From the IMG/VR virus record IMGVR_UViG_3300036546_000156, positions 1-28,923 of that record: a stretch of DNA of 28,923 nt; one strand, given 5' to 3'. The notes under the pieces are model-generated. The model had not been told where the DNA came from. It saw only the letters and a list, made by a program, of their open reading frames with translations, and ran no database searches. Position numbers and translations under genes: made by a program. Source of the DNA: a virus (Duplodnaviria > Caudoviricetes). Positions 27,301 to 28,923 of the stretch are shown here, piece after piece (positions within the stretch are counted from its first letter, which is position 1; each line of letters opens with the position of its first letter).

Positions 27301-28041
27301 GCCCCTTTTACGATACCGATAGAGACAACAAGCATCGTCAGTATAAAACTATCTTTCAGGATACAGCCTTTCAGGGCGTATTCAAAAGCTTTGACAAATA
27401 CAGACATGATCTCCAGTGAGGAAGTTGGACCATTTTCAGATTATAAAACTTTTATAGTAGACAACAGTAATACTTTGGGAACGCCTGTCTATGCGTACAA
27501 TGGACAATTGTATTGCGACGGCGGAGGATCCGTGAGTAGCTACGAATCACTTTATGACTATCTAGATATTGAAGATGGCACCATTGGAAGTAAAGTTTAT
27601 GTGATAAATCATAAGCTGTATGTTGATAAAGATTCTGCCCCAATGATACTTCAAACCCGTGGTGGTAGGGAAGTATTAGTAATGAGTGTACCTGATAATG
27701 AAGGGCTTGACTCTACTACTCTTGTTACGTATGCAAACAATGAGTTTTTGCAAACTAATGAGACGAGTTTTTCAACTGTAAGAACTCATTATCATACAAT
27801 ATTTAAACACGATCATGGAATAGAATACGGTATTTACGAAGAAGGCGGGTCACCCCTTGTGGGCGTATTGACCGATGATGGCAATGGATACACCTACAGG
27901 TTCTCATCCTCTTCCGATATTCTAGACTATGACCTGACACCCTATTTCACAGGCACAGGATGGAAGGGAATAAGCTTTACCGCCAATCAGCGATGCAGAG
28001 TGGTATACAGCATACAGCTAAAGCTGGATATAGAAGCGTAA
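24361..28041 (+). CDS. central tail fibre / host specificity protein (gpJ-like) with FN3 domains, coiled coil and DUF1983-like region
   Basis: 1226 aa; YSDNP, QAQRLA, FN3-like APTNL...W and YYIRSVNAYGKS, PFTVDAGSVYMDNAFI. Confidence 0.9.
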   Translation: MAKNVLGGIGGGLLGIAIWFAVGGPTNPIGWAVGGALLGAMAANRKAPIAGETSAPRATTVRSAVAPTRYILGKTYTGGVLTWVQEQKGDQTTGEWLHCVYTLSEGSIEAVDEIYVNDELISEYAGVIDYEVVINPTTVNTYLLENCEDWKETQIGRNLSWVRVSFKFDQNKYSGGVPDVKFVVRGLNTIYDYRTGTSGYSDNPVLCLIWYLKNRLGYTDDDFVLDSVIQAANICDETVTNPDGSASKRYTMGCVLSVNESKPTVINKILDSFGGSLNEIGGRWMIEAGAYYGAYDYTVTEDMVIGNVDFRTEVASSDSINTVRGIFNDVDSLIESDFPEIVDSAWVTEDGGESAIDLNLSYVYDVYQAQRLADIMLRRRRSGGWFSLKLNYNGYNCRPGRVVRLLLPSLGIDGEFIVDKFSMDNEGCQVELKEYNAGMFDDTAGSEYIPLPFITVSTGGLSAPTNLSWTPNYNSSVQGLFSWSPPNGSVENYGVIIRDSFDNIQQTYQVIGAFNSVEVSGLDAGVYNFAVYARSALGKSGEAVLSVSINVPADPEIVTFTNQIDSITIIPSNPTTDINGGTYEYYYNITETAVPETEGTRLGTGQSFTHTGLSFATTYHYYIRSVNAYGKSGFYHLEAMTSNDVTAILAALNKKISNSELTQELQDSVNSISNLQLDVDNLNQTVNELLVAPDYDENESEVLTGEVRFYTVDNHIYRAIQDMTALIPVPTDTDYWLDLGEFESIVSQIGELTTQIVNLEAVTGNQGQIISILRSAGRDEDEDGYLNDVMNQYEANAQIVEEKTTRISENEALARRITTVEAELGDDLQATIEQIEQTIATLEQATAQQITTLQASVGDNQSAIQDNATAIANVDGSVSATRILKTEVNSGGKQVVTGLGLKSSIDEGGTVQSEAYFLANTFAIISSIDGNEFVPFTVDAGSVYMDNAFIRRLTADQYAELRNTIVYNGADSLDNTYPIQAPFTIPIETTSIVSIKLSFRIQPFRAYSKALTNTDMISSEEVGPFSDYKTFIVDNSNTLGTPVYAYNGQLYCDGGGSVSSYESLYDYLDIEDGTIGSKVYVINHKLYVDKDSAPMILQTRGGREVLVMSVPDNEGLDSTTLVTYANNEFLQTNETSFSTVRTHYHTIFKHDHGIEYGIYEEGGSPLVGVLTDDGNGYTYRFSSSSDILDYDLTPYFTGTGWKGISFTANQRCRVVYSIQLKLDIEA

Positions 28042-28113
28042 TGGTTACATGCTACACAAAATAGCTATTGATTTTTGGCATGATAATTGATATATATAAT
28101 ATAGGAGAAGATA

Positions 28114-28923
28114 ATGGCAAATACATGGTATAGGGACGGCACAGTAACCGTCACAAACGGTTCAACGACAGTGACAGGCGCAAGCACAGCTTTTGATGCT
28201 AATTGCAAGGTTGGAGATGAGTTTATCGGACCGGACGGAAAATCCTATGAGATAACCAATATTGCTTCCTCAACTGTAATATCCATTTTATCCGTCACGG
28301 GCGGCGGGTATGACGGTGCTACAGCGTCAGGACAAGCATACGCCATTAGACCTACCCAGGGATATGTTAAACAGAGCGCTGACAGGCTGAGCACGATAAC
28401 CAGTAGTCTTATGGATGGTCTGGACGTATCACAGGGTGGTACAGGGGCGACAACAGCGGAAGATGCACGGACAAACTTAGGTGCTTTGGGCGCAACTGAA
28501 ACCGCAGCCGACTCAGCGTTACTTGGAGGCAAAGCCGAATCTACTCTCAGCGTTGCTGACTCAGTATTGTTAGGGGGTAAGCCAGAAGCTAACCTTAGTG
28601 TTGCTGATGCTGCAACACTAAATGGTAAGGCTGAGTCTACTCTCAGTGTGGCTACTGCTGTGTCTGCTGACAACTTGGGTGGCTATTCAGCGGAGCAACT
28701 TGCGAAGGCTTCGTACAATGCTTGCCGGAATCCGGATTGCTCTGTTAATCAAAGAGAGGCTACTAGTGTATCTGCTATTAATGAGTTTATAGTAGATGGC
28801 TTTTATTTATATACTGTTTTAGATGGTGGTACTTCCAGTGCTGTGAGTTCTCAAGCCGATTTTAATGGACAGAAATGGATTAAAATGTCTGGTGAGATTA
28901 CAGGAGGTGGTGGCACTGAAAGC
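28114..28923 (+). CDS. side tail fibre, 3' end outside the window
   Basis: Not in the ORF track (no stop); AGGAG RBS; MANTWYRDGTVTVTNGSTTVTG...GPDG...QGYVKQSADRL, GGTGATTAEDARTNLG. Confidence 0.88.
   Translation, partial: MANTWYRDGTVTVTNGSTTVTGASTAFDANCKVGDEFIGPDGKSYEITNIASSTVISILSVTGGGYDGATASGQAYAIRPTQGYVKQSADRLSTITSSLMDGLDVSQGGTGATTAEDARTNLGALGATETAADSALLGGKAESTLSVADSVLLGGKPEANLSVADAATLNGKAESTLSVATAVSADNLGGYSAEQLAKASYNACRNPDCSVNQREATSVSAINEFIVDGFYLYTVLDGGTSSAVSSQADFNGQKWIKMSGEITGGGGTES
28507..28650 (+). repeat. three tandem 48-bp (16-aa) repeats in the tail fibre
   Basis: ADSALLGGKAESTLSV / ADSVLLGGKPEANLSV / ADAATLNGKAESTLSV. Confidence 0.88.

Noticed and set aside
1-28923. tRNA genes, integrase/transposase, introns/inteins, DGR, stop-codon reassignment
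   Set aside because: None seen by eye; core genes are full length in the standard code and no reverse transcriptase is present in the window

Overview
A 28.9-kb segment of a tailed dsDNA phage or prophage with siphovirus organisation; all convincing genes are on the + strand. Bases 1-9900 are an early/middle region of DNA metabolism and small accessory genes: an HTH protein, an Fe-S DinG/XPD-type helicase lacking its Walker A segment, tandem Zn-ribbon paralogs with repeated junctions, a PD-(D/E)XK exonuclease + Sak4-like ATPase + SSB-like recombination module, an ERCC4 nuclease, an RHH protein, an NrdJ-type Zn-ribbon miniprotein, MazG-like and DUF1599-like proteins, and a DEDDh exonuclease. 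After a terminator and a consensus sigma70 promoter (~9876-9944) comes the morphogenesis region: terminase, SPP1-type portal, metallophosphoesterase, scaffold, capsid, neck proteins, tail tube, -1 frameshifted tail chaperone, tape measure, tail tip proteins, a J-like central fibre and a truncated side fibre. The most unusual signals are two candidate ~90-nt small RNAs with anti-Shine-Dalgarno sequences (promoter inside the upstream gene end, intrinsic terminator), the Walker A-less helicase, a tail tube protein with an apparently nested domain duplication, and a chimeric J protein. All family assignments come from motif recognition by eye; no database searches were run.
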